Assembly: GCA_963766075.1 (NCBI GenBank)
Contig: CAVYAN010000093.1
Coordinates: 1 to 54,797, forward strand
Length of the DNA stretch: 54,797 nucleotides
From: an uncultured cyanobacterium
Lineage (GTDB): Bacteria; Cyanobacteriota; Cyanobacteriia; Leptolyngbyales; Leptolyngbyaceae
Direction: 5' to 3'
This document shows, in pieces, positions 9,634-19,908 of this stretch. The first letter of the stretch is position 1. Each line of letters begins with the position of its first letter. The translations under genes were made by a program, and so were the position numbers. Under the pieces are notes generated by a model that was not told where the DNA came from, did not search any database, and saw only the letters and a program-made list of their open reading frames with translations.

Positions 9634-10407
9634 ATGAATATCCGACGAACGCAGGTGATGGCGGCAAATGTGTTTCGGGAGGTGATTCGCGATCGCGCGT
9701 TATACATTGTGGTGGTGTTTGCGCTGGTGATGGCGGCGGCGGTGCGCTTGCTGCCCGAGGTGGCGGCGGCTACCGAGCAGAAAATGATTCTGGATGTGGG
9801 TTTGGCGTCGATGTCCCTGTTGGGACTGGTGATTGCGGTCTTTGTCGGCACAGGACTGGTGAATAAGGAGATCGAAAAGCGCACGGTTTTAGTCCTGATT
9901 GCCAAGCCCATCAGTCGTGTGGAATTTATCGTAGGCAAGTATTTAGGCTTGTCTGCCGTGCTGGCGGTGCTGGTGGCGACGATGACGGGCATTTATATGG
10001 GGATTTTGACCCTATTTCGGGTGCCCTATCCTTGGACCAGTATTGCGGTGTCGTCGCTGTATTTATTTTTCCAACTGTCGTTGGTGACGGCGATCGCCTT
10101 GGTATTTGGGGTGTTTACCAGTTCGTTGCTGGCTACTTTGCTGACCTTTGCGGTCTATTTGGTGGGGAATTTCAGTCGAGATTTGGTCAATCTGGGGATC
10201 CTCAGCAAAAATCCGGCGATCGCCAGTGTGACGCGGCAAATGTATTACGTCCTGCCGGACTTGGCGCGGTTTGATTTGAAGAATCAGGCAGTTTATGGGC
10301 AGATTCCCGGCTGGGAAACCCTGCTGCTGAACGCGGGCTATGGTGTGCTGTACGCGGTGGTGCTGTTGGCGATCGCTACTCTGGTGTTCTCTGTGCGTGA
10401 GTTTTAA
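9634..10407 (+). CDS. fraE: ABC-type permease FraE (PilI-like)
   Basis: NVFREVIRDR, LVNKEIEKRTVLVLIAKPISR; follows fraD. Confidence 0.78.
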   Translation: MNIRRTQVMAANVFREVIRDRALYIVVVFALVMAAAVRLLPEVAAATEQKMILDVGLASMSLLGLVIAVFVGTGLVNKEIEKRTVLVLIAKPISRVEFIVGKYLGLSAVLAVLVATMTGIYMGILTLFRVPYPWTSIAVSSLYLFFQLSLVTAIALVFGVFTSSLLATLLTFAVYLVGNFSRDLVNLGILSKNPAIASVTRQMYYVLPDLARFDLKNQAVYGQIPGWETLLLNAGYGVLYAVVLLAIATLVFSVREF

Positions 10408-10437
10408 GGTGTGAGTTTTAAGGCGTGAGTTTTAAGG
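10396..10437 (+). repeat. Triple 14-bp tandem repeat that includes the fraE stop codon
   Basis: cgtgagttttaagg / tgtgagttttaagg / cgtgagttttaagg. Confidence 0.85.
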
Positions 10438-10520
10438 TGCCCTGCCGGAGCTACTCTGCCCTCTAACAGGCCAGCGCTACAATAAGGCCATCCTCCCGGA
10501 CGGCGAACCGCGATCGACCC

Positions 10521-11399
10521 ATGCGCTTCATCAATCCCAAAACCGACTTTGCCTTCAAGAAAATCTTTGGCTCTGAGCACAGCCACGATATTCTGATTAG
10601 CTTTCTCAACGCTATCCTCTACACCGGTCAGTCTACGATCAACACGTTAGAGATTCTGAATCCCTACCAGGCTCCCAAAATTCGGGGTGTGAAAGATACC
10701 TACCTGGATATCAAAGCCCAGCTCAGCACGGGCGAAACGGTCATCATCGAAATGCAGGTGTTGAATGTTGAAGGGTTTGAGAAACGCATTCTCTACAACG
10801 CCGCCAAAGCGTATTCGATCCAGTTGAACGCTGGGCAGGATTATCCTGCGCTCAATCCCGTGATTGCCTTGACCATCACCGACTTTTTGATGTTTCCGGA
10901 GATTGATCCGGTGATCACGCGGTTTATTCTTAAAGAGAAGGATTATTTAATTGACTACTCCGTGTATGACCTGGAACTGGTGTTCGTGGAGCTGCCGAAG
11001 TTTCAGCAGGCGCTAGCCGAGTTAAACACGCTGACTGAGAAATGGATTTACTTTCTGTGCCATGCGCCCGATCTGAGCACGATCCCTAGCACCATGGGCA
11101 GTGTGGTGGAGATTCAGCGGGCCTTTGAGATGGCTAATCAGGCCAATCTTTCCCGCGAGGAAGCCGAAGAGCTAGAGCATCAGGCTATTTTTATCCAAGA
11201 CCAACGGGGTGCAATTACCAAAGCCACCCAGCAGGGACTTCAGCAAGGACTCCAGCAAGGGCGACAGGAGGGGCGACAGGAAGCCCAGATCGAGATGGCT
11301 CGCCGATCGCTCCCCGTTTTAGACAATGCCACCATTAGCCAACTGACCGGACTCTCTGTCCAAGAGATCCAGAGCCTTAGGGAATCTGATCTCGATTAA
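10521..11399 (+). CDS. Rpn family PD-(D/E)XK recombination-promoting nuclease / putative transposase
   Basis: FINPKTDFAFKKIFG, YLDIKA...IIEMQV, FVELPKF, C-terminal GLQQG/GRQEG repeats and a TGLS helix-turn-helix-like tail. Confidence 0.9.
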   Translation: MRFINPKTDFAFKKIFGSEHSHDILISFLNAILYTGQSTINTLEILNPYQAPKIRGVKDTYLDIKAQLSTGETVIIEMQVLNVEGFEKRILYNAAKAYSIQLNAGQDYPALNPVIALTITDFLMFPEIDPVITRFILKEKDYLIDYSVYDLELVFVELPKFQQALAELNTLTEKWIYFLCHAPDLSTIPSTMGSVVEIQRAFEMANQANLSREEAEELEHQAIFIQDQRGAITKATQQGLQQGLQQGRQEGRQEAQIEMARRSLPVLDNATISQLTGLSVQEIQSLRESDLD

Positions 11400-11441
11400 A
11401 GGATCCCCGATTAAAGGATCGCAGAGCTAAAGAAGTCCCAA

Positions 11442-12284
11442 TTAAACCGTGATTTGGCCTTGAAACACCAGCATGGCAGGGCCAGTCATATACAGATGGT
11501 TATCCACTTCCGACCAGTGAATGATTAGCGATCCACCGGGAAGTTCGACTGTGGCACGGCGATCGCTGCGGTTTGTTAAGACTGCTGCCACCAGCGCTGC
11601 ACAGGCTCCAGTCCCGCAGGCTAGGGTGATCCCCGCACCGCGCTCCCAGACCCGCATTTTCAGATAATCTGATCGCACCACCTGAATAAACTCTGTATTT
11701 GTCCGTTTAGGAAAGGCTGGATGATGCTCAAACTGAGGCCCGATCGCTGCCAAAGGCACCGCCTCCACATCCGCTACAAACGTAACGCAGTGCGGATTGC
11801 CCATGCTGACACAGGTGACTTGCCAGTCCTGCCCCGCGACATTCATAAATTGATTCACTACCGACTGTGCCGTTGGCGCTAACGTGGTCGGAATTTCCTC
11901 TGCCAAAAGGCGCGGTTCCCCCATATCCACGGTAATGACCCCGTCGGCCTCCAGTTTCGGGGTAATGACCCCGGCCAGGGTATGAATTTTGTAAGCGCGC
12001 AATTCCGTCGTTTTTTCCAGATCGGCGACAAAGCGGGCCAGACAGCGAATGCCGTTGCCGCACATTTCGGGTTCCGACCCATCGCTGTTGAAAATCCGCA
12101 TGGTGTAGTCGGTGCCTTCCTGTCCCGGCAGGGCAAAGATCACCCCATCGGCCCCAATGCCAAAGTGGCGATCGCAAAGCTTTTCGGCCTGCGCCATTGA
12201 CAGCTTCGGCTCTGGTGAGTCGCGATTGTCGATCAAAATAAAGTCATTGCCGAGGCCGTGGTACTTAGTAAACTCAATTGCCAT
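11442..12284 (-). CDS. dapF: Diaminopimelate epimerase
   Basis: [36 protein letters not shown]. Confidence 0.97.
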   Translation of the reverse strand: MAIEFTKYHGLGNDFILIDNRDSPEPKLSMAQAEKLCDRHFGIGADGVIFALPGQEGTDYTMRIFNSDGSEPEMCGNGIRCLARFVADLEKTTELRAYKIHTLAGVITPKLEADGVITVDMGEPRLLAEEIPTTLAPTAQSVVNQFMNVAGQDWQVTCVSMGNPHCVTFVADVEAVPLAAIGPQFEHHPAFPKRTNTEFIQVVRSDYLKMRVWERGAGITLACGTGACAALVAAVLTNRSDRRATVELPGGSLIIHWSEVDNHLYMTGPAMLVFQGQITV

Positions 12285-12374
12285 AAATTTCGTTCCGGGA
12301 GGCGAACAGTCGGGGATACTGGAATGGAATTATAGAATAGATAACCCTCAGATCACTTGAATAGGACATGCGCA

Positions 12375-12593
12375 ATGACGACCCCTGAACTGGACACCGG
12401 ACTGCCAAGCATTCGTCAAATCCAGACGTTGATTAAGGACAATGCCGAAGTTGAACTGAAGGTCACCACTGGGGATCTCCTGGCCGGGAAAATCCGCTGG
12501 CAGGATAATTACTGTTTGGCCCTTTTGGATCAATATGATCAAATTACGATTATCTGGCGGACCGCGCTGGTGTACTTAAAGCCAAAGGTTTAA
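12375..12593 (+). CDS. hfq: Cyanobacterial Hfq (Sm-like protein)
   Basis: DTGLPSIRQIQ...GKIRWQD...IWRTALVYLKP; divergent from dapF as in other cyanobacteria. Confidence 0.88.
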   Translation: MTTPELDTGLPSIRQIQTLIKDNAEVELKVTTGDLLAGKIRWQDNYCLALLDQYDQITIIWRTALVYLKPKV

Positions 12594-14974
12594 GGAAGAT
12601 CCACCCTTGCGCCATTTTTCTCTCTTGGCGCTGTTAGGCTGGAGTCTGTGATGGAGACAGCTTCGGCAATGGCGATGGGTTCTGTGGGATTAGAGGCATT
12701 TAGGGGCAGGATTTCCAAGGATTTTCCCACGGGCACCAGCCAATGGCTGGCTTGGGTCAGGGAGTAAAAGCCGCCGCAAAGCAGGAGGCGATCGCCCTCT
12801 TGGACATCGCTAGCTCCATCGGGAAAGCGAATGTACTTACCCTCCCGCCGAATGGCTTGCACCAAGACGCCAAACTGGCGGCGAATGTGCAGCTCTGCCA
12901 AGGTTTTGCCATTGGCGGGACTGCCGACGGGCACTTGCACCCATTGGCAGGAGGCATTTTCGGTGGGGACTGCGGCTTCGCCCTTGGCCAGTTCGTCAAA
13001 GGCCGCGATTTCGTCGGGTTCGCCCACGATCAGCAGGCGATCGCCCTGTACCAACTCCATTTGATTGTCGGGATAGCCCAATTCTTCACCGCCCGCTCGC
13101 CGGATCGACATCAGACTGACTCCTGTGAGACGGCGTAATCCCGTTTCTTCAAGCGTCATGCCAATCAGCGGCGAAGACTCCGGCAGGCTATACCATTGAT
13201 TGTTTAAGTCTTGAGTGGCGGCTTTCAGCTCGCGGGAGACTTGCTCTGAGGGCTTTTGCGATCGCAGCTCGACATAGCGAGAATTGCGAATCTGCTGCAC
13301 CTCCCGCTGAATCACGGGCATCGGCAAGCCGATTTCGGTTAAGAGGTGGGCCGAAATTTCCAAACTGGCTTCAAATTCGGGCTGCACCACCTCCTTGGCC
13401 CCCAGTTGATAGAGCAGCTCAATATCCTTTTCCTGGTTCGCCCGCACCACAATATCCAGATCGGGGGACAACTCCAGCGCCCGCTTGATGCAGAGGCGCG
13501 TACTCATCGGATCCGGCAGGGCGATCGCCATGCCCTTCGCCCCCTCCACGCAGGCTTTTTCCAGCACATGCAAACTGGCCGCATTGCCGTAGATGTAGGG
13601 AATATTGGCTTCGCGTAACGCCTGAGTTTGGCTTTCCGCTTGATCAATCACCATGACAGAACAGTCATGATCCTGCAAAAGCTGGACAATATTGCGCCCG
13701 ACTTGCCCGTAGCCACAGACTACAACGTGATCCCGCAGAGGCAAATCCTCCGACATGCCCAGCGGCAGATCGGTTTTTTCCAAATAGGCATGCAGCCAGG
13801 GCAATGATTCCGCCCAATCAAATAGCCTGGGAATCGATCTGAGGATAAACGGCGTCAGCACCAAGGTCACGGCGGTTGTCCCCAAAATCAGCAGATAGAC
13901 CTGCCGGGACACCAGCCCCAGGGTCTGCCCTTCACTGGCCAGCACAAAGGAAAATTCCCCAATCTGAGCCAGTCCCAGTCCCGTAATTAAGGCTGTCTTC
14001 AGCGGATATTTGAACAGGATCACCAGGGGCGTGATGATCAGGAACTTTCCGATAAACACTAAACCCACCAAGCCCAAAATGAGTTCCAGGTTATTCCACA
14101 GGAACAGCGGATCAATCAGCATGCCGATCGCCGCAAAAAACAACGCCGCAAAAATATCCCGCAGCGGTTCCACATAGGTCAAAGTCTGGTCGGCATATTC
14201 CACATCGGAAATCATTAACCCAGCCACAAAGGCCCCCATCTCAATCGACAAGCCGAGATGCTCGGTCAACAGCGCAATGCCCAGACATAGAGCCACCACC
14301 CCCAACAGGAATAGCTCCTTACTTTCTGTCTTGGCCAACAGGCGCAGCAGTGGCGGAATCAACCACATTCCAGCCACCACCGCCCCCAGCGCAATCAAGC
14401 CCGTTTGCAGCAGCGCCCAGCCCACAGCCAAGCCAATCTCTTCGACCGGCTTGTCTAGGGCAGGCAGCACCGCTAGCATGACCCCCAGCGCCAAATCCTG
14501 CACCACCAGCATGCCCAGCATGACCTGCCCGTGGGGGGTGTCCGTTTCGTTTCGCTCCATCAGGCACTTCAGGACGACTGCCGTCGAAGATAGGGACAAA
14601 ATTGCGCCCAGGAACACGCCTTGGGGCGGAGTGGTCACCCAACCCATGCCCAGGGAAATCAGGGTTGTAATCAGAATAGTCAGCAAGATTTGCAGCGTCC
14701 CACCGCCTAAGCTGATCCATTTGACTTTCTTTAATTCGGAAAATGAAAACTCTACGCCTAATGCAAAAAGTAAGAAGGCGACGCCAAACTGGGCGAGGGT
14801 TTCCACCTGGACCAGTTCTTTAATGAGTCCCATGCCCGTGGGCCCGACCACGATGCCGGCCCCTAGGTAGCCCAGCAAAATGGGTTGGCGCAACAGGGCC
14901 GCGAGCAAGCCACCACCGGCAGCGGCGGCTAGAACCGTAACTAAATCGATAATGAGCCGAAAATCTTCTTGCAC
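12590..14974 (-). CDS. CPA2/Kef-type cation:proton antiporter with TrkA-N and two TrkA-C domains
   Basis: LSLSSTAVV, LVVQD, LAQIGEFSFV, VVCGYGQVG Rossmann motif; GTG start at VQEDFRL inferred. Confidence 0.92.
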   Translation of the reverse strand: MQEDFRLIIDLVTVLAAAAGGGLLAALLRQPILLGYLGAGIVVGPTGMGLIKELVQVETLAQFGVAFLLFALGVEFSFSELKKVKWISLGGGTLQILLTILITTLISLGMGWVTTPPQGVFLGAILSLSSTAVVLKCLMERNETDTPHGQVMLGMLVVQDLALGVMLAVLPALDKPVEEIGLAVGWALLQTGLIALGAVVAGMWLIPPLLRLLAKTESKELFLLGVVALCLGIALLTEHLGLSIEMGAFVAGLMISDVEYADQTLTYVEPLRDIFAALFFAAIGMLIDPLFLWNNLELILGLVGLVFIGKFLIITPLVILFKYPLKTALITGLGLAQIGEFSFVLASEGQTLGLVSRQVYLLILGTTAVTLVLTPFILRSIPRLFDWAESLPWLHAYLEKTDLPLGMSEDLPLRDHVVVCGYGQVGRNIVQLLQDHDCSVMVIDQAESQTQALREANIPYIYGNAASLHVLEKACVEGAKGMAIALPDPMSTRLCIKRALELSPDLDIVVRANQEKDIELLYQLGAKEVVQPEFEASLEISAHLLTEIGLPMPVIQREVQQIRNSRYVELRSQKPSEQVSRELKAATQDLNNQWYSLPESSPLIGMTLEETGLRRLTGVSLMSIRRAGGEELGYPDNQMELVQGDRLLIVGEPDEIAAFDELAKGEAAVPTENASCQWVQVPVGSPANGKTLAELHIRRQFGVLVQAIRREGKYIRFPDGASDVQEGDRLLLCGGFYSLTQASHWLVPVGKSLEILPLNASNPTEPIAIAEAVSITDSSLTAPREKNGARVDLP

Positions 14975-15218
14975 AGGTCTGTTGGATACCTTTTCTGAGA
15001 GAGGAGCCTTTTCTGAGAGGACGTTACGGATTGAAAAATATTTCTTTACATCTTTCAGAATACAAAACTTTTCGGGCATTCCGGGAAATCTGCGGCGATG
15101 AATTTTGGGTTATCCTAAACCAGGTTCCGATCAAACCCGTAGACGGCCAGTCGGGGGAGTCCTGCGGCGGGTCTGAGGTCAGGTTTGGCTGGGAATCCAG
15201 TCACGCTGATGCGATTGG

Positions 15219-16241
15219 GTGGGCCGCTCATTGATTCTCTGGAGAGCTATGCTGACACCGCGAGGCACAACGCTATTCACCCAGCTATTGACCCAAATGG
15301 GACGATCGCTGCGCTTTACCCAGGGTTGGCGACGAGGGATGCCACGCGGGGGTTGGCGATTTAGCTGGCGAGGCCGTTGGCTGGGGGCGTTGGGCCTGGG
15401 CGCGATCGCCTGCCTGAGCTTAGCCAGCCTATCCTTAGCCACTCCCGATCCGGGGTTAAACCCGGGGTTAAAACTGAGCGTGTCGCCCAGCATCGCAGCA
15501 TTGGGTGACACCTTATCTGCAATTGTGGATGCAGGCGGCGACGTGGCACCCATCCTGTCGATGAACGGCAAAACCTACCCCACGTTTAAGCAGGGCGATC
15601 GCCTGCGGGCACTCTTGCCTACGACTCCACTGAGCCAGCCCGGTACGCTGCAAATCCAGGCCACTCAAGGAGAAGCGTCCGTGCGCACTACCGTTAAGCT
15701 AAAAAATCGCAGTTTCCCCACCCAGTCGATTTGGCTGCCACCGGACAAGGACGGCAATATTGATGATCGAGAGTACGACATTGTGGATGCCTTTAAGCAG
15801 ATTGTCACGCCCGAAAAGCTATGGAATGGCCCCTTTCGGCGGCCCAATGCGGGTCCGATCACCACGGGGTACGGAGTCCGCCGCTACTACAATGGCGTTT
15901 TTGCCAAGGATTATTTCCATCGGGGCGTGGACTATGCCGGCAATTATGGTTCCCCGGTATTAGCGGCAGCGACGGGGCGAGTGGCGCTGATTGGTCGGGA
16001 GTCCCAGGGCTTTCGCGTCCATGGCAACACGATTGGCTTAGACCACGGACAGGGCGTGGAAACGATTTACATTCACCTCAGCCGGATCAATGTGAAACAG
16101 GGAGACCTCGTGCAAGCGGGACAGGTGATTGGCGCATTGGGGGATACAGGGGCGGCGACAGGGCCACATTTGCATTGGGGCCTGTACGTGCAGGGGCAGT
16201 GTGTGGATCCGGTACCCTGGCGCGATCGCGGGTTTGAGTAG
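15219..16241 (+). CDS. M23 family metallopeptidase (start uncertain)
   Basis: HRGVD, YIHL, GPHLHW zinc motifs; N-terminal hydrophobic segment. Confidence 0.9.
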   Translation: MGRSLILWRAMLTPRGTTLFTQLLTQMGRSLRFTQGWRRGMPRGGWRFSWRGRWLGALGLGAIACLSLASLSLATPDPGLNPGLKLSVSPSIAALGDTLSAIVDAGGDVAPILSMNGKTYPTFKQGDRLRALLPTTPLSQPGTLQIQATQGEASVRTTVKLKNRSFPTQSIWLPPDKDGNIDDREYDIVDAFKQIVTPEKLWNGPFRRPNAGPITTGYGVRRYYNGVFAKDYFHRGVDYAGNYGSPVLAAATGRVALIGRESQGFRVHGNTIGLDHGQGVETIYIHLSRINVKQGDLVQAGQVIGALGDTGAATGPHLHWGLYVQGQCVDPVPWRDRGFE

Positions 16242-16528
16242 CCTCGGTTCGGGCGGTATTGGTCATAAACTGGCTTGCCCCCAATGACGTTCCATTGACT
16301 TGCCAGCAATACTTGCCAGCAATTACGTTTCATCACTCACGTTTCGCCCAGTCAGCTCTGCCCGGTAATTTCCGTCGAATGCTTTTCGTCGAGCGGTTTC
16401 CGTCGAGTGCTTTTCATACGTTATTTTCCGTTGATTGATTGCGGCCTGTTGCTTTCCAGGGTCTCCGGGGCACTATAGGTCTAGGTTGCCTATCCTCAAA
16501 ACGGCGATATGGACTACATAGAGGCACT

Positions 16529-17080
16529 ATGAGCATTGAAAAAATTGTTAATCAAGCATTGCAAGACGGATATTTGACTCCGGCCATGGAGTCGGAAGTG
16601 GGTCGGATTTGTGATACAGCGGCAGAACTTTCCATTGAGGAATACATGGCGCTGGATCGGCTGATGGGAGCACTGCTGACCGGGGAAGTCGTGGCGGTAC
16701 CGCGTAAGCAGTTTATCAATGTGATGGAAGAGTTGGTGCTAACAGAGGCGATCGCCCGCGTTGCCGAAATTGAAGCCACTAGCGATCGCACGTTGGACTT
16801 GGGGGACATTGCGGCCTATGCGCTGAACCGTTTGCCGCCCCTGTACGCCACCACCGAAGAAGGCGCCACCTATCAGCGGGCTCGGGCTAAGGAAGATCTG
16901 CAGGGACTGATTGCCCAGCAGGTCACAGAAGCGATTGCCCGCAATTTGGATCGGCCCGAATTCTTCCCCGAACGGCAAGCGATCGGCAAGAACTCCGGGG
17001 ATGAAATCCTCACCCAGGTTAGCTCGTTGCTGCAAGCCTATGCTCCCTCGTTTGAACCCCAACCGCTGGGTACGGTGTAG
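16529..17080 (+). CDS. ComFB-family protein with an extra N-terminal helical domain
   Basis: INVMEELV...DIAAYALNRLPPLYATT ComFB signature; ATG preceded by GAGG. Confidence 0.85.
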   Translation: MSIEKIVNQALQDGYLTPAMESEVGRICDTAAELSIEEYMALDRLMGALLTGEVVAVPRKQFINVMEELVLTEAIARVAEIEATSDRTLDLGDIAAYALNRLPPLYATTEEGATYQRARAKEDLQGLIAQQVTEAIARNLDRPEFFPERQAIGKNSGDEILTQVSSLLQAYAPSFEPQPLGTV

Positions 17081-17366
17081 TTGAGGCGACCCAGTCGTTG
17101 CCATTCCGGGGACTTGAGCCGGAATGTTTTGGGAATGTTTGGGCAATAACACAATGGGCAATTGGCGTTGAGGTCAGTTGCCCATTCCTATGGGGGTGAA
17201 GGCTAGCGCTGGGGCTGAAACCAATGCCTCTAAATATTGCAGGGGGCTGGTTTCTGGGGCTGCGCCATCCAAAATCCAAAACCGCCCTGCTGGCTACAGT
17301 TTGGCCATGGCGGAACCCGTTAAACTTTGGGGTGTTCTAAACTGGATCACCTTTGGACGAGTATTC

Positions 17367-18626
17367 ATGTACGATCTGCTCCTGCGCCAATGCCGACTGT
17401 TGCAAGATGATGGCTCCGTTGCTGAGGTTGATGTTGGGATGCAATCAGGGGCGATCGCGGCCATTGCACCCCACCTAGACATGCTGGCCCACCAGGAAAT
17501 TAATGTCCAAGGCAAGCTGGTCAGCCCGCCTTTTGTCGAATCCCACATTCACCTGGACTCCGCCCTGACTGCTGGGGAACCGCGCTGGAATCAAAGCGGG
17601 ACCTTGTTTGAAGGCATTGAGATCTGGCGAGAGCGCAAGCAAAATCTGTCGCTAGAGGACGTCAAAACGCGGGCCATTGCCACTCTTAAGCAACAGGCCA
17701 TTCAGGGCACGTTGTTTGTCCGCAGCCATGCCGATGTTAGTGAAATTACCCTGACCGCCTTACAAGCGCTCCTCGAAGTCCGTGAGGCCGTGAAGGACTG
17801 GATGACGCTGCAAGTGGTGGCGTTTCCCCAGGATGGCATCTATGGTAGTCCTCAAAACGATGCGCTGATGGAAAAGGCCATGGAGATGGGGGCTGATGTG
17901 GTTGGCGGCATTCCCCATTACGAACTCACCCGCGAGGATGGTGTCCGATCCGTTCACCGGATTTTTGAACTGGCCCAGAAGTACGATCGCCTGATCGATA
18001 TCCACTGCGACGAAATCGACGACGACCAAGCCCGCTTTCTGGAAGTGATTGTGGCGAATGCGATTCGCACGGATCTCGGCAGTCGCGTTACCGCCAGTCA
18101 TACCACGGCTTTTGGCTCCTACAACAACGCCTACGCGGGTAAACTCCTCAGCTTTATCCGCCGCACCCCCATCAACTTCATCGCTAACCCGCTGATCAAC
18201 ATCACACTGCAAGGGCGCACTGATACCTATCCCAAACGGCGTGGGGTAACGCGGGTCAAGGAACTGTGGCAGCAAGGGAGCAATGTGAGTCTCGGGCACG
18301 ATTGCGTTCAGGATCCCTGGTATTCAATGGGGACAGGCAATATGCTGGATGTCGCGGCTATGGGGCTGCATGTTTGCCAAATGACGGGCACTGCGGAAAT
18401 TGATGCCTGCTACGACATGATTACTTGGAATGGGGCTAAAACCCTGCATGTAGGGGAGCAGTATGGTGTCGCCGTGGGCAAACCGGCCAATTTAATTGTC
18501 CTGGATGCCAGCGATCGCTACGATGCGATTCGCCGGCGGGCGACGGTGGCCTACGTGATCGCCCAGGGCAACGTTCTTGCCCAAACGACCGCTCCACAAA
18601 CCACGTGGTATCCACAAACCGTTTAG
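17367..18626 (+). CDS. codA: Cytosine deaminase (amidohydrolase fold)
   Basis: ESHIHLD, PRWNQSGTLFEGI, VAFPQDG, HCDEIDD, GHDCVQDPWY. Confidence 0.93.
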   Translation: MYDLLLRQCRLLQDDGSVAEVDVGMQSGAIAAIAPHLDMLAHQEINVQGKLVSPPFVESHIHLDSALTAGEPRWNQSGTLFEGIEIWRERKQNLSLEDVKTRAIATLKQQAIQGTLFVRSHADVSEITLTALQALLEVREAVKDWMTLQVVAFPQDGIYGSPQNDALMEKAMEMGADVVGGIPHYELTREDGVRSVHRIFELAQKYDRLIDIHCDEIDDDQARFLEVIVANAIRTDLGSRVTASHTTAFGSYNNAYAGKLLSFIRRTPINFIANPLINITLQGRTDTYPKRRGVTRVKELWQQGSNVSLGHDCVQDPWYSMGTGNMLDVAAMGLHVCQMTGTAEIDACYDMITWNGAKTLHVGEQYGVAVGKPANLIVLDASDRYDAIRRRATVAYVIAQGNVLAQTTAPQTTWYPQTV

Positions 18627-18661
18627 GAAAACCCTTTAGGATCCAGCGATGATCCGGCGCA

Positions 18662-19342
18662 TCAGCGCGCCGTTGAGAGGCGATCGTCGTTCTCAAGACG
18701 ACTTCCTGCTTCCGGTAGAGAGGGGCGGAGGGCGAGGTATACTGCCGGACCGAGTAGGGGTAGCAAAGTCACCGCCCAAAAAATCCGCCCGTCCTGGAAC
18801 CCTCGACGGGCCATATCATCCGGCAACAGTAGGGGAAACAACAGAGACAGCAGGCAAAAATCCACACTCATGACATGGATAAATCGGCTGGTTTGCCACT
18901 GCTGAACAAAGTCTCCCCAGTTGCCCTGGGTAATGCCCGTCCCCAGCAGCCAGAGCACGACAGCCACAATCAAAAGGCCCAGAATCCGAGAATCCAGCAG
19001 CGTGATCGGCCACGTCTTTTTACCCACAAAAGTTGGGTTGGGGTCTCGCAAGGCCAGATAGGGCAACAGGGCAAATGCGCCCACGGCAAAGGATCCCGCC
19101 ACAAAGGCCCAGGCCCAGAGTTTTTGTCCCCGCCCATCGCTGATTGCCAAGCAACTGTAGATTAGGGGGAAAATGCCCATCAAATTAAATAGCGAGACAA
19201 TGAGTGGATTGATCCCAGCTACGTTTCCTGTGGATAGATCTTTGATGAGGTCCAGGGTTTCTGGGCGATCGGGGGGCGCAAAGCCAAAGGCATAGAGGAT
19301 GAAACCGAGCCAAAGGATGCCCAGGAGGATTTTACGAGTCAT
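18662..19342 (-). CDS. Multi-pass membrane protein (DUF2834-like)
   Basis: GAFALLPYLALR, SRFIHVMSVDF, DDMARRG motifs; several TM helices. Confidence 0.7.
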   Translation of the reverse strand: MTRKILLGILWLGFILYAFGFAPPDRPETLDLIKDLSTGNVAGINPLIVSLFNLMGIFPLIYSCLAISDGRGQKLWAWAFVAGSFAVGAFALLPYLALRDPNPTFVGKKTWPITLLDSRILGLLIVAVVLWLLGTGITQGNWGDFVQQWQTSRFIHVMSVDFCLLSLLFPLLLPDDMARRGFQDGRIFWAVTLLPLLGPAVYLALRPSLPEAGSRLENDDRLSTAR

Positions 19343-19492
19343 GTTGTATGCTGCTTTGACGCTGAATGGCTACGCTGTGCTGAATGGCTACGCTCTAGTG
19401 TAGCGTGATGTATTTCGCAGAACGGAAAATTGCTACAGTGCAGTGCAGTTCGCTCAGCTTCAGACAATGTTCAAACTCCAGGGAGTAAAACC

Positions 19493-19903
19493 ATGACGAT
19501 GGCCGAACAGTGGCAGGTGATGGCTGAGCAGTGGCAGTATGGCGTGGTGTTGGTGACGGCATCATCGCGGGCGGAAGCAGAGGCGATCGCCCAAACGGTG
19601 CTGACGGCCCAGTTGGCCACCTGTGTCAATCTATTTCCGGTGCATTCGCTTTACACCTGGCAGGGAAACCTGGAAACCACGGAGGAGTGGCAGCTCCTGA
19701 TCAAAACCACCTGGGAAAAATGCCCGGAGCTAGCCGCCCAGATCCGGGCAATCCATTCCTACGAAGTCCCGGAAATCATTGTGCTCCCGATTTTGGCGGG
19801 CTCCAGGGATTACCTGACTTGGATCAAGACCCAAGTTGCCGGAGCGGCCACGATGTCCTGGGTTAATCCTGAATCTGGGGTTAATCCTGAATCTGGAGCC
19901 TGA
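19493..19903 (+). CDS. cutA: Divalent-cation tolerance protein CutA
   Basis: LATCVN, SLYTWQG, LLIKT, HSYEVPEI; GGAG RBS before ATG 19493. Confidence 0.93.
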   Translation: MTMAEQWQVMAEQWQYGVVLVTASSRAEAEAIAQTVLTAQLATCVNLFPVHSLYTWQGNLETTEEWQLLIKTTWEKCPELAAQIRAIHSYEVPEIIVLPILAGSRDYLTWIKTQVAGAATMSWVNPESGVNPESGA

Positions 19904-19908
19904 AGGCG

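Noticed and set aside
9282..9992. 236-aa antisense ORF over fraD/fraE, and similar shadow ORFs such as 27859..28545, 14277..14870 and 47493..48074
   Set aside because: They lie opposite well-supported genes and have no recognisable motifs
10521..11399. Calling the Rpn gene an IS element
   Set aside because: No terminal inverted repeats or matching target-site duplication seen, and no DDE or HUH transposase motifs
17081..17366. Riboswitch upstream of codA, or the longer 482-aa N-terminal extension
   Set aside because: No known aptamer consensus recognised; homology begins at MYDLLLR (17367)
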